Origin: Octopus vulgaris
Taxonomy: Eukaryota
Direction: 5' to 3'
DNA: 64,000 nt
NCBI GenBank assembly: GCA_951406725.2
Contig: OX597818.1
Span: 115,134,001-115,198,000, forward strand
Within the stretch, counting starts at the first letter, position 1, and each line of letters starts with the position of its first letter. The position numbers were made by a program, and so were the translations under genes. This document shows, one piece after another, positions 27,047 through 42,130 of this stretch. The notes below the pieces were generated by a model. That model ran no database searches, was not told the DNA's origin, and worked only from the letters and a program-made list of their open reading frames with translations.

Positions 27047-28043
27047 ATATACGTATATGTACGCGTATGTGTGACAGCGCACGTGTATTCCAATGTGACC
27101 GAGCTTCGGTTGCTCCATTTCTGTGTCTCGCCGTTCTTTCATTGTTTGTCTTTTATGTTTATTTAACTTGTTTCTTTTCCCTGGTTTCATTGGACTGAGG
27201 CCATGCTGGGGCCCCACCCTAGTCGAAGAAGTCGATTCCAGTATTTATTTTAAAGTTGGGTTCCCTATTGCTAATTCGCTGAGTTGCGAGGGACGCAAAC
27301 AAACGAATCTGTTCCTCATCACCATAATTTAATTCTTCACAGCTGCGGCTGCTACGGGTTCATTTCTCACGCTCTCCTAAATGTGATTAGCCATGGGGTT
27401 CTCCTACAAGTACCTGCCTTGATCCGCCCCTCTCTCTACATATCTTAATCTTCATCTAAAAACACAAAGGCTCTTCTTTTCTGGTTTTGTAGTCTGAGGA
27501 GCTGCATAATAACTTTACTAGTGATGATGTCCTAAAAAAAAAACCCTCATGGTGCACACTGTAAAGTGGTGGCGTTAGGAAGGGCGTACCGAAGCAGACA
27601 CTGGAGCGCGATGAAGTCCTTGGACACATTGGATCCTGTGAAAGCGTCCAAAATTCCAGGATGGAACATTGGGCATTAAATAATGATGATGAGATTAATG
27701 GCGATCATTTTAATAAATATATCTACAAATTTACTTAGGAGAACAGTAATTCGCAGATGTGCTTCATGAGGACACAGCTGGGATTAGAACTCTATCGTTA
27801 TACTCTCTCTCTCTCTACCTACCTACCAATCTGTCTCTCTGTCTATCTATCTATCTATCTAGCTAGCTAGCTAGCTATCTATATACATTAATGTTTCTGT
27901 TGTTTTTTTTATGTTCAGCTATGATAAAAACAATTTTATAGTGTCGCATGACCTGAAGTGGACACACCCAAATAATCACACCTGCTTACAAAGATCTACA
28001 GACATGAATAGATTCTAAACAATAACACGACCTGAGATTTAAT

Positions 28044-28118
<75 letters not shown>

Positions 28119-28229
28119 TATATGTGAAGTTAATCCAAACATGAAAACACAAAGAGAAAACACAACAACGCGAGGACGTGGAACAAATATAGTATTATTG
28201 GACGCTCAGGAAGGAAGGGAAGAAGAAGG

Positions 28230-28264
28230 GTTTTACGTTTCGAGCGGAGCTCTTCGTCAGAAAC
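28230..28264 (-). ncRNA. 35-nt minimal hammerhead in a TA-flanked element (about 28125-28340)
   Basis: GTTT CTGACGA a GAGC tcc GCTC GAAAC GTA AAAC. Confidence 0.8.
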
Positions 28265-28336
28265 ATAGGAAAAGGAAAGATCCAGAGAAGGGAAGACGGA
28301 GGGAAAAAAAATCGCCAACGATACACACGCGGTCAC

Positions 28337-28403
<67 letters not shown>

Positions 28404-28433
28404 AACTTACTTGGAGAAAAGAAAAGAAACGAA

Positions 28434-28464
<31 letters not shown>

Positions 28465-29042
28465 TGTAATTATGTAATTATGTATGCACGTGTGTAATAT
28501 GTAGCTGCATATAAAACTAAGCAGTGCAATTTCAGTTTAGCCTGACGGGAACTGAGTCTATCAGATTGGACGTTTCGTGTATAGTCAGTGCATCTATGAC
28601 TTCACGTGAATTAAACAAACAAGAAATATGAGATGTTTATCACAACTTTTCTCACATGCTAACCAAAAGTGTCAATTACCACCCACCTCATCAACCGCAT
28701 TTGAACTGAAGGCAAATTACTACTGTATCCATACAATATATGATAACAACGGCACTGCGTCGGTTACGACGACGAGGCTTCCAGTTGATCCGATCAACGA
28801 ACAGCTCGCTCGTGAAATTGACGTGCAAGTGGTTGAGCACTCCACAGACACGTCTATCCTTAACGTTGTTCTCGGGGGAGATTCAGCGTGACACAAAGTG
28901 TGACGAGGCTGGCATTTTGAAATACATGTACAACAGAAACAGGACGAAAAAGTGAGAGAAAGTTGTGGTGAAAGAATACAGCAGGGTTCACCTCCAGAAC
29001 CTCGTGGAGCTTTATTTATATGTATCTATCTATATGTATGTA

Positions 29043-29092
<50 letters not shown>

Positions 29093-30257
29093 TATATATA
29101 TAATACATATATGGAACTTTAAGTGTTTTCGCTCAACAAACACTCACAATGCCCAGTCTGGGAATCGAATCCGCGATCCTATGACCGCGAGTCCGCTACC
29201 CTAACCACCGAACCATTGCGCCTCCACACAATATATGATATATAGCCGTTGTTTACATCACGATTGACTGATACATAGATAGGACAAAGAAACTCAAGCG
29301 AAAGAAGCGATCGTTTTATATATTAATGAAAAATAATAACTGAGAAATGTAGTAAAAACTACCCTCGAAGTCCTCTAGGTGAGAAATATAAAATGTTGGA
29401 ACACTTAAACAGATGCCATTAGGAAGTCGTGCTCGAACCTATGCAGTAAAATTTTAGTTCATTGAAGGAAGTTGTTCATTCATTATGAGTACACAAACAC
29501 CCAACAGGTAGTCGGTGTTATAGATTTAAGCGTATCTTAATTAAACAAATTGGATAGATGAACCTCCAATAGAGTATAAAATGAAAAGTATGAAACATAT
29601 CCCACTAGGTACTTCGCAGGATATCTTGGCGATTATTCACCTTGTCAGCCGCTGTTGAACTAAAGATAGTTGTATGTTTTGCCAAACAGTCTATAACAGT
29701 TGTCGATACATTCAGAAGACGATATATAAAGGAGATCAGGAACGATGCTATTACCGAGAAATAACGATTGTCTAAAATTGTTCGAATATTTTCTAAGTAC
29801 TTTGCTGGAGGGTTTCAGTAAGCTATGATGGGACTCCTAAAGACATAGCAGAAGCTATATATGATAGATAGATACCCATGAACCTAGGCCATGAAAATTT
29901 CGAATTCTATATATTATTATTTTATGGCTTTATCGACCTTGAGCTTCACGGTTAAAACAATAATTTGCTTCATATCTGTAGAAGCTTGAACCGGCTTAGA
30001 ATTCCTACTTTAAAGAACAAAGCTTCAAAATGGTGGCAGAACGTTCAAAGTGTTTCTTTAGTATAATTGTTTGAACGTCTGCTATGTATGTTTACAGCAG
30101 ATTTGAGTTCGATACCTACGGGCAGTATTCGATTTTTTTTCCTATCCAAAAGGATTTTTAACTCAATATTCTACACGCTAATATTTATGGCTTTATTGAC
30201 TTGTTTTACAGTTTAAACATGATTTACATCTAATATTTTGTTTTTTTCTATGACCAG

Positions 30258-30470
30258 GTTGTGACAGCGGATTCGGTCACAGTTTAGCCCAACGATTACA
30301 CAGTAAAGGATACACGGTTTACGCAGCATGTTTGTTTTCCCAACAAGATGGCGCCAAGGAACTTCGAGATATGGAATCAGACCGCATGCACGTTATCCAA
30401 CTTGATGTAACGTGCGATGATCAGGTGGAAAAAGCAATGGAATATGTTAAATCCACGCTTGGTGACAGAG
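30258..30470 (+). CDS. SDR (RDH/17beta-HSD6/BDH1-like, SDR9C-type) gene, first visible coding exon
   Basis: Pyrimidine tract and ccag acceptor at 30254-30257. Reads (G)CDSGFGHSLAQRLHSKGYTVYAACLFSQQDGAKELRDMESDRMHVIQLDVTCDDQVEKAMEYVKSTLGDR. This is the Rossmann TGxxxGxG motif (lacking its T, which should come from the upstream exon) plus the LDVT motif. Donor gtaaga at 30471, phase 1 at both ends. Confidence 0.95.
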
Positions 30471-31178
30471 GTAAGATCGAGCGTTTTTCACCCGTATGTT
30501 CTATTGTTGTTTTTGAAATTTTTATGATTGATTTGTTTTTGTTGTTGATTACCTCCGAATGGTGGAGGCGCAATGGCCCAGTGGTTAGGGCAGCGGACTC
30601 GCGGTCATAAGATCGCGGTTTCGATTCCCAGACCGGGCGTTGTGAGTGTTTATTGAGCGATAACACCTAAAGCTCCACCAGGATTCGGCAGGGGGTGGTG
30701 GTGGTGGTGGTGGTGATACTTTCATGGGGCTGCACTTTTGAATCTGCTGCATAAGACTGTATAGGCAGCATTGGCTCAGAGTGGAGGTGCACACTCAAGG
30801 GCTGCTCGGACGGCACTCATTCTAGCAACAACATTGATTTCAGTACCCTGCTTGCGATGAATTCTCTTCAATTACTCTTGAAGAACACATGAAGAACGCT
30901 ATTTCATTTCTCTTGCCCTTACTTATGTAAGAAATCAACGAATATTCTTTTGTGTACCATTTTAATGAACTGGATGTTTTCGTATTCTAGCAAGACATAA
31001 AACACACTTTAGCCTGCAGTGTTTATCTGATTACTGTTATTGGTAAACCTGGAGGGGGAGTGGAAATTTAACAAACATCCTTGCTTAGAATGTTTTAAAG
31101 GTAATTTCATATATCCGTTAATTGATGGTAAGACGTTGCTACAGGTAATTGCTAATTTTTTTGTTTGTTCATTTTCAG

Positions 31179-31361
31179 AATTATGGGCGTTGATTAACAA
31201 TGCTGGAATCGCATCATTTGGAGAAATAGAATGGACAAGTGTACCACTGTTCAAGAAAATTATGGATGTAAACGTGATTGGTGTTGTAAGGGTAACAAAG
31301 GCATTCCTACCCCTTCTTCGAAATATCAAAGGACGTGTTATTAATGTTGCAAGTTTAGCGG
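31179..31361 (+). CDS. SDR gene, second visible exon
   Basis: ttttcag acceptor. Reads (E)LWALINNAGIASFGEIEWTSVPLFKKIMDVNVIGVVRVTKAFLPLLRNIKGRVINVASLA(G), with the NNAG motif and catalytic Asn and Ser. gt donor at 31362; phase matches both neighbours. Confidence 0.95.
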
Positions 31362-31609
31362 GTACATATCATTTGATTTTCTTATTTGTTTTTCACCGAA
31401 CTCCTCCCATCATTCTGCTATCCTATTTCTATTTGTACCTCTGGCCCTTTCATTACATCGCTCTAAAATTATGCATTTAAATAGGTATATTCATAGGTGT
31501 GAAATTAAAACATGCTTATACCAAACTCACATGCCAGCTCTCTCACAAACATATATACGAGCGTAGAAACATGAGCTTATCTGTGTGTGTATATATAAAC
31601 ATACATACA

Positions 31610-31659
<50 letters not shown>

Positions 31660-31822
31660 CTACAAAATTAGAGAATGGAGAAACATACTTAAATCAGTAA
31701 AACATCAACTATCCGATGATACTCAATCCATAACATCTATGTATTACTTTTGTTGGGTACCTATCTAGCAGTATAATGGATATATATTATCCTATGGTGG
31801 GTTGAATTTTCAACCCCTATCT

Positions 31823-31865
<43 letters not shown>

Positions 31866-31955
31866 GGGAGAGTTTACGAAAAAAACAAAAGACGAAGACA
31901 AGTGGTGTACAAAACAAACAGATGTATTAGTATAACGCTCAGGAATAGAAAAAGT

Positions 31956-31991
31956 ATTTTACGTTTCGAGCCTACGCTCTTCTACAGAGAA
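31956..31991 (-). ncRNA. Minimal hammerhead variant (CUGUAGA core) in element about 31864-32070
   Basis: ttct CTGTAGA a GAGC gtag GCTC GAAAC GTA aaat; same family as 49743. Confidence 0.55.
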
Positions 31992-32062
31992 GGACACAGA
32001 AAAAACAAGGAGAGAAACAAGGAGAGAGAAAAAAAATGTGTGTAGTGGCTAACGATCTGTCA

Positions 32063-32099
<37 letters not shown>

Positions 32100-32100
32100 C

Positions 32101-32172
<72 letters not shown>

Positions 32173-32694
32173 GTATCGACCAGACTGTCAGAGGTTGTTA
32201 TGCACCGGTGGTCACAATGCGCTTCGCATCGTTTGTGAAACGCACTAACTACTAGGCCACAAGCCTTTACACACACACGTGCACGTGTCCTTTATGGATA
32301 ACAGAAGCAATGTTAAATTATAAATAGCCATCTATGTGTTGTTGTTTTTTATATAAATACATAGTGAAAAAGAAATACTTCAGTATTCGTGCAGATACAA
32401 TAAACTTTATGGAGATGGATGTTATGTCCGCACGAATACTGCAGTTAATTTACCTTTCATGATCTATTTACATTAAGTTTGATACACAGACTACTGTTTT
32501 GATCTAATACTGCTTTTGTTGCCTATAACGAATTTTTATCCAGCCGGGCGGCTGTTTGCAATATCAGTGAATTTTTATTCAGTTTTCCGGTAAATCGGTG
32601 ATGACAAGTTTCCTATGTACGTAGGAACGTACGTATATTGTGTTTTTAAACATAAAACATCTATTAGACATATTACCTCCGGACGAATACCGCA

Positions 32695-34245
<1,551 letters not shown>

Positions 34246-34387
34246 AGCACAGATGTGCCTGAGTAGCTATGAATTGTTTCCCAGGCATGTGCTACTGCTC
34301 GGAACATTGGGCAACTGTCTTTTAGTATAGCTCAGGGCCGAGCAAATCTGAGTGGATCTGGTAAACGAAAACTGAAAGAAACCCGTC

Positions 34388-34461
<74 letters not shown>

Positions 34462-34493
34462 TTTATTTAAAGCAGCAGAAAATTCAACAAAAT

Positions 34494-34531
34494 CTGTTAC
34501 TCTGAGTTTCTCGTTGCCGTTCATCAGACAG
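34494..34531 (-). ncRNA. Type I hammerhead next to (TA)n
   Basis: CTGT CTGATGA ACG gcaa CGA GAAAC TCAGA GTA ACAG; same family as the 43861-44158 arms. Confidence 0.7.
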
Positions 34532-34880
34532 TTTTTGTTAGAATGGAACCGATATATCAATTCAATCCAGACTCTTACAAACGCTACACCTATAAAAAAT
34601 GGACCTGTTTGATTGGCCCTTTAGAAATAACGGTCAATCTTCGAGCGATAAACAAAAAATGAGCTCAAAAATATATATATGTATATATATATAAAAAAAT
34701 TATAAAAATTATAAAATTCGAGGAAAAACCTTACATTGAATAAAATACATATTGACGTTAATGAAGGAAATATAATTAATACATGGAAATTAAAATGCAT
34801 TATAAATATTACACTGCAATATATATTCATATTAAAGTGTACATATATATCAACATACACAGAAGGATGCGTGCAAACGC

Positions 34881-34942
<62 letters not shown>

Positions 34943-35136
34943 AATTAGGAAATGAAGAAAAATATAGATTAACCTGAACATCGATTGAACCGCATTTTAA
35001 AGCTTGTTTATTGATACAATGCAAGACATAAGAAAGCTAACAGCCGTTTCTAATCGGATACTGATAATATATACGGATATTTTATCCCTTAGTCGGTTAC
35101 TACAACCGCTAAGTCACTCTTCTCTCTCTCCCTCTA

Positions 35137-35168
<32 letters not shown>

Positions 35169-35179
35169 TACACAAGTTA

Positions 35180-35214
<35 letters not shown>

Positions 35215-37554
35215 CTTGATTGAATGTAAAGAGCCCCAACCCAACTACCAGTCTCACTGAAAATAGGCAAGGGACCAACAGAAATCGGGCAAACGAACGG
35301 AATTTAACATACTATCTCAGCTAAAAAGCCGTAAACTGAGGTCACAGATATACCTGGGTCATGATAATAAATTGTTTGCAGAGTTATGATATAGCAAAAC
35401 AAGAAGTTGGAAACATTTTTTGGTATCAGTTATTCACGACTACATTTGATTCATTTTCAAATAGGAATCCCAATATTGTATCTGTTAGATAAACATATCA
35501 GAAACTTCCTGTTAGGAATCCTTCTGACTGAGAGTCAAAAAATATTCTTTGAAATTCTTCAGACTGAGAACCAAAGAATATTATTTGATTCTCTGTCTGA
35601 AGAATTTATTCTTTTACTGGTTTCATTCATTTGACTGAGGCCGTGCTGGAGCACCACCTATAGTCGAACGAATCGACCTCAGGACTTATTCTCTGTAAGC
35701 CTAGTGCTTACTTTATCGGTCTGTTTTGCCTAACCGCTAAGTTACGGAGACGTAAACATACCAACATCGGTTATCAAGCGATGGTGGTGATACAAACACA
35801 GACACACGCATACATACATACATACATACATACATACATACATACATACATACATACATACATACATACATACATACATACATACATACATACATACATA
35901 CATACATACATACATACATACATACATACATACATACATACATGCATGGGCTTCATTCAGTTCCCGTCTACCAGATCCACTCACAAGGCTTTCGAGTCTA
36001 TAGTAGAAGACGCATACCGAAGGTACGTCGCGATGGGATTGAACCCTGAACGATGTATTTGGGAAGCAAGCTTCTTACCACACAGCCAGGCCTGCACCTA
36101 AATGTAGATTCCGCTAGCGAAAAGGAACAAAGTAGAAATGCTGAGTAACAGACTCTTGCCTCACAGCATAGGGAAAGCACAATACAAATACAAATCACTT
36201 TAGCAATACGTAAGTCATTTTTCAAGATTTTAAAGTATCGAAATGTTGATGATATATGGATTTCAACAAATTATTATTCTAAAAGAAAAAAGAGTATAAA
36301 TGCATTCTAAGAAATTGTGAAAATAAATTTGAATTCATTGAAAAATGTAGAATACGATCGTTCTTCTATTTTTTTTTTTTAATCCTCATGTTTGAAAGAA
36401 AAGTTGTTACCGATAGATGCATGGTATTGTAAAACTTCCTGCAAGACCGGTTTACTGTTACCTGAATGATTTAATGTTATTTAAAACTCTTAATACTTAT
36501 TCAAGAATGTTTAAGTATCCTTGGAAACAGCACGATTTTTAATTTTTCTTAGGGGTGGGCAAAAAATAGTGATTAAAGAGTAATGTTTTGTTGGTGTAAT
36601 GTTTTATCAGTGAGCTAGCAGAATCGTTAGCCCGACGGGAAAATTACTCAGCCGTATTTCGTCCGTCTTTACGTTCTGCGTTCAAATTCCCCCGAGGCCG
36701 ACTTAGCCTTTCATCTTCTTGGTATCGATAAAATGAGTAATCGACTTACAACCTATATTGCTGGTCATTTACCAAAATTTAAAACTAGTATTCTGTTTGA
36801 GAGTATAGGGAATTTTGTTGATTCCCGATATTATTATGCTATGAGAGAGTATAGTTGTACAGTAAAATCGTCTACTTTCTTGAAGTTCAAACAACGTGGC
36901 ACTCCGTCGGTTACGAAGACGACGGTTCAAGTTGATCCGATCAACAGAACAGCCTGCTCGTTAAATTAACGTGCAAGTGGCTGAGCACTCTACAGACACG
37001 TGGACCATTAACATAGTTTTCGGGGAGATTCAGCGTAACACAGAGTGTGACGAAACAGGCTGAAATAATGTAGTTTTGATTTCACGTTGATAATATCACT
37101 TTAGGAATGCTAGCTACGTTGCGCAATCCTATTTTCTGTTGCACCTGAGACGCAATCAAGATAAATATTTCTTCTTTTAATTCCAAGTGTATTTAAATGT
37201 TTCCCAGTATGTATTGAGGAAAATAATTCAATCGAAAAACCTGTGACTTCACCAAACGAATAGCTCTGTTCACTATCCAATACGTAAAAACAACTATAAA
37301 AATCATACAATAACATGCAGACACATATACTTCCCAGAATACCGTCATAACAATACCATGCACATATTTTCCATATAAAACTCATCTCTTTCAAAGCAGT
37401 CAGTGTTCTGCCAGTCGGTGTCACATAACACATATCCACACAATATACGTAAGCAATATAGACATTCACACAATGATCACATTAAGAAACTTGAGCACAC
37501 ATACAAACACACACGTCCACACACACACACACACACTCTCACTTCAGCTTAAAT

Positions 37555-37788
37555 ATATTTCTTTATTGCCCACAAGGGGCTAAACATAGAGGGAACAAAC
37601 AAGGACAGACAAAGGGATTAAGTCGATTACATCGACCCCAGTGCGAAACTGGTACTTTATTTATCGACCCTGAAAGGATGAAAGGCTAAGTCGACCTCGG
37701 CGGAATTTGAACTCAGAACGTAACGACAGACGAAATACCGCTAAGCGTTTCGCCCGGTGTGCTAATGTTTCTGCCAGCTCGCCGCCTT
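37555..37788 (-). mobile_element. SINE family A (in SDR intron)
   Basis: Single body, CpG largely intact. Confidence 0.9.
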
Positions 37789-38368
37789 AAATAGCGTGCA
37801 CAGACAATCATACAAATTAGGCATATAGTTACCTCCCTTATTGCTCTTGTGTGCATATTTCCAACGTGACTTCCTGAAAACTATCTTTTCACCTTCAGTT
37901 TTTCCTTTGTCATTTTTCTTTCTTTTCTTTAATATTCTTTTCTCTCATTCTATTCTCCGAAGAAAAGTTTGTTTAAAACGTCAAAATCCTTTCAATTTCT
38001 GTTTCCTGAGTCTCTCCCGTAGTTACCAGTCGTTGTTTTCACCCCGTTTTTCGTCTTATTTCCTCAAGGTCAATGTTCCATCTGTATCCCAATGCTCACA
38101 TTTGTATTCACGCAGATGCTGCTTTCTTTCCTATTTCATGTTGCACTGGATTCCCATAAGTGGGCTGGTTACACCCCTTAGGATAGCACTGTAGGATAGG
38201 TATGAGAGGCCAAATCTGGCCGATTTGAACATAAAACATGCAAACTCTTTGAGGCACATATAACCTGCTTGAATGCTAAATGGTTAAATAATCTTTCTTT
38301 AATAGAGTACCTCATCTGAAAGTGCCAAAATCTCAGAAATAACTGATGGTATACGCAATATACGCAGT

Positions 38369-38603
38369 ATAGGGCGGCGAGCTGGTAGAAACGTTAGCAC
38401 GCCGGGCGAAATACGTAGCCGTATTTCGTCTGCCGTTACGTTCTGAGTTCAAATTCCGCGGAGGTCGACTTTGCCTTTCATCCTTTCGGAGTCGATAAAT
38501 TAAGTACCAGTTAAGCACTGGGGTCGATGTAATCGACTTAATCTGTTTGTCTGTCCTTGTTTGTCTTCTCTGTGTTTAACCCCTTGTGGGTAGTAAAGAA
38601 ATA
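38369..38603 (+). mobile_element. SINE family A with TSD ggtatacgcaatat
   Basis: TSD at about 38348 and 38604. Confidence 0.88.
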
Positions 38604-38746
38604 GGTATACGCAATATTGAAGTTCATAATATTTGATATAAACATCAATACTGTGTAGTTAATTTTGATTTATCATAAATAAATTTCATTATCTATAAAC
38701 ACATTAATTTTCATTTTCTTCCTCTATTTTTTTTTTTCACATGCAG

Positions 38747-38879
38747 GTCGATATACAATCCCGGCATTCTCTGCATACTCCATGTCAAAAGTAGCTTGCA
38801 TTGCGTTTTCTGACGGCCTCCGGCAAGAGATGAGCAAGTTTGGAATCAAAGTTATTACTGTTGAACCTGGACTTTACAA
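38747..38879 (+). CDS. SDR gene, third visible exon (catalytic YxxxK)
   Basis: Poly-T tract and tgcag acceptor. Reads (G)RYTIPAFSAYSMSKVACIAFSDGLRQEMSKFGIKVITVEPGLY(K), with the YSMSK active site and VEPG motif. gtaaat donor at 38880, phase 2. Absent from the ORF track. Confidence 0.95.
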
Positions 38880-39230
38880 GTAAATATACACATATTACGT
38901 TTTCTTTTCTTCTATCTCTTTCTCTCTCTCCCTCCCGTCTTGCTCTCGCTCTCGCTCTCTCTGTTTCGTATACACACAGTAGTGTGTGTGTGTGTGTACG
39001 TATGTATAGATGTATGCATATGTGTATGTATGCTTTTGACATGTTATTGCATTTGTTACAGTAAACTGATGAGGTTAAGTGCCAGATTTCATAACGTTTC
39101 TACAACTCTTATACGATTATTACGGTATTTTGATGAAACACGCGTATGTTCTCTAAAGTATTGAATACCATACCTTTGGCGATTTTTTTCCTCCGTCTTC
39201 CTTTTCTATTGGAACATTCCTCTGTCTCCT

Positions 39231-39265
39231 GTTTCTGAAGAAGAACCTTGTTCGAAACGTAAAAC
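39231..39265 (+). ncRNA. 35-nt minimal hammerhead, sense orientation in SDR intron (element about 39175-39372)
   Basis: GTTT CTGAAGA a GAAC ctt GTTC GAAAC GTA AAAC. Stem II GAAC/GTTC versus GAGC/GCTC at 28230 is a compensatory pair. Confidence 0.8.
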
Positions 39266-39949
39266 TACCTTTCATTCCTTCCCTGAGCGTCTGCTAATAC
39301 TTTGCATGTACCACGTCCTCACGTTGTTGTTTTTTTTTCTTGTGTCCGTTCTTCGTTTTTTTATTTATTTACTATGTGTGTGTGTGTGTGTGTGTATCAA
39401 TGTTTGCGTGAAAATCATATTTAGAGAAAACCAGTTTAATATTAATCTGAGGGATTACGAAATATTTTTCCTGGACGAGTAACATATTTTTTACTAGGAA
39501 AAGATTGACAGTGACGTCTGATATATGACGGCGAGCAAACTAAAAACTTCGAATCATTAACGAACTTTGCTCTTCCTTGTATATATATATAAATTCACGA
39601 AGTAAATGGAAGATTGATTCGTAGCTAAATTCATCTTCCGTTTCTTTCATCAGTTATAAACTCAACAAACACTGCGGATTTCCTGACGTAGATCCAGTGA
39701 AAATTATATTGTAACTCTGGATGACATCTGGTTGCCCAATAGTAGACATATACTCAAAGACCAACTAGTCACACACACACACACTTAAATTTAAACATCT
39801 ACCTTACACGTGAACAAAAGTTTCAAGCCCTCCTTAAAACTCCTCTCTCATGATAATCGAAGAGTGTTATGTAGTATTTAAGTCTATTTGTATAAAACGC
39901 AACACGTCCCGCTCAGACTAAGCCAATGTATGAAATATATAATTCATAA

Positions 39950-40364
39950 AGGGCAGCGAGCTGGCAGAAGCGTTAGCACGCCGGGCGAAATGCTTAGCGG
40001 TATTTCGTCTACCGTTACGTTCTGGGTTCAAATTTCGCCGAGGTCGACTTTTCCTTTCATCCTTTCGGGGTCGATAAATTAAGTACCAGTAACGCACTGG
40101 GGTCGATGTTATCAACTTAATCTGTTTGTCTGTTCTTGTTCGTCCCTCTGTGTTTAGCCCCTTGTGGGTAATAAAGAAATAGGTATTTCGTCTGCCGTTG
40201 CGTTCTGAGTTCAAATTCTACCGAGGTCGACTTTGCCTTTCATCCTTTCTGGGTCGATTAAATAAGTACCAGTTACGCACTGGTGTCAATGTAATCGACT
40301 TAATCTCTTTGTCTGTCCTTGTTTGTCCCCTCTATGTTTAACCCCTTGTGGGCAATAAATAAGT
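39950..40364 (+). mobile_element. SINE family A, dimeric, with TSD aaatatataattcata
   Basis: TSD at about 39933 and 40365. Confidence 0.9.
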
Positions 40365-40821
40365 AAATATATAATTCATAATTTATATCAGCATCTGTTA
40401 GCATTATTAGTAAAAATACCGCATAGAGATTAATTACAAAGTTCCTTGTCGTGTACGCGTGCGTCATGCGCACACGTGTGTGTGTGTGTTATATGTGTAT
40501 ATATGTCGAATGAACAATGGAATCAGAAATTTTTCCTTTATCAGGAAACCATTGCTTTCGACATGTACTAACTGACCTTGAAAAGAAATATTTTCTATTC
40601 TATCTTTGGCCTTGAATAGTCTTTCTTCCGTTCAGTCCCACTAATACACACACGAACGTAATTTTTTGTATTTGTTTTGCAAGATTCTTGAACCGAAAAC
40701 GTCTTTTGAAGCAGACGTTTTAGTACACTGGAAGTGGCATTTTTATCTTTGTATTGCCCTAAGTATTTATTTCGTGTGGCCAGTAAAGAATGCATTGTTG
40801 TTGTTGCTGCTACTGTTGCTG

Positions 40822-40857
<36 letters not shown>

Positions 40858-41209
40858 TTGTTGTTGTTAAGGCCGTGAGCTGTCACAATCGTTAGCACAC
40901 CGGACAAAATGCTTATCCGCATTGCCTCCGACTTTACTCCTTTTGAGTATTGGAGTTGGTGTAATAGACTTCCCACCACCCATTGAACTTGCTGGCCTTG
41001 AGCTAAATTTGAAATTGTTGTTGTTGCAACAATCTTGCCTGTGATTTTATTAGGTTCTTTGATTGGCTCTAGGAGAAAGTTCTGTATCAGGGCGTATGCT
41101 TTATTGACGGAACGACCCTCCCAAAAGACGCCCAAACATGTATATATATATAAATATGTATGCATGAATGTCTGTATATATCAGTTATATTATTTCCTTG
41201 TTTTTGTAG

Positions 41210-41540
41210 AACACCAATTGCGACCAATGTGAGTAGCGACACTGAGAGACGATGGGCCAGCACTCCTACGGACATCAAAGAGGTTTACGGCGAGGAGTAC
41301 TTCAAAGAATTCATGACAGTTATCAACTCCCAGATGCAGCGGGCACGTGAAAATGTGAAGGAGGTTGTCGATTTGATGGTACATGCTGTCACTTCTTCAA
41401 ATCCGAAAGTTCGTTATGTACCATACTGGGTTACTAACGTGCGCTCGACAATTCTCATGTATCTGCCCAGTGTTCTTCGGGACAAGTTATTTCGATCGTA
41501 TTCTGTGCGATGTGAACCCAAGTGCATGCACAAAGACTAA
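41210..41540 (+). CDS. SDR gene, last coding exon
   Basis: ttttgtag acceptor completes the AA|A Lys codon. Reads TPIATNVSSDTERRWASTPTDIKEVYGEEYFKEF...VVDLMVHAVTSSNPKVRYVP...LPSVLRDKLF...HKD*. W...YGEEY and P..RY are typical of RDH/BDH1-like SDRs. The four exons total 860 nt and stay in frame to TAA. Confidence 0.93.
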
Positions 41541-41633
41541 ACATAAAACCACATAGAGACAGCACCATCATCACCATTTGTGTTTTCATTTTGTACCATT
41601 AACTCTTGTAACGTACATAACTACAATGCTGCC

Positions 41634-41639
41634 AATAAA
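41634..41639 (+). promoter_or_regulatory. Candidate polyadenylation signal of the SDR gene
   Basis: AATAAA about 95 nt after the stop codon, just before a SINE insertion. Confidence 0.3.
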
Positions 41640-41668
41640 TACGACCAATTACATCAACAGCAAAAACG

Positions 41669-42050
41669 GTGGAGGCGCAATGGCCCAGTGGTTAGGGCAG
41701 CGAACTCGCGGTTGTAGGATCGCGGTTTCGATTCCCAGACCGGGCGTTGTGTGTGTTTATTGAGTGAAAACACCTAAAGCTCCACGAGGCTCCGGCAGGG
41801 GGTGGTGGCGACCCCTGTTGTACTCTGTCGCTCCAACTTTCTCTCACTCTTTCTTCCTGTTTCTTGTCCCCGACTTTCCTACGCAACCGCTGAGCCTGGA
41901 TGCGCATTCATCCATCCGTCGGTGCTCTCGGTGTCGAGGGTTGACCTCCTTTCTCTTCTGCAGGTCTTACGAATAGCAAAGGACCACGTTTCGGACTTCT
42001 CCCACTGGGATGAAGACCGCTTCGCTCAACAAACAAACAAACAAACAAAC
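41669..42050 (+). mobile_element. SINE family C head with an extended 3' part ending in (AAAC)n
   Basis: tRNA-like head and (aaac)n tail. Confidence 0.75.
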
Positions 42051-42130
42051 AGCAAACATAACACTAACAAGGTGATCACAGCGTTTCTTAAACCGACAGA
42101 TGCCTCATCATGTATGACGTCATCAACAAC

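Noticed and set aside
39590-39657. Minus-strand ATAA CTGATGA plus hairpin plus TTAT
   Set aside because: The GAAA half of the core is absent.
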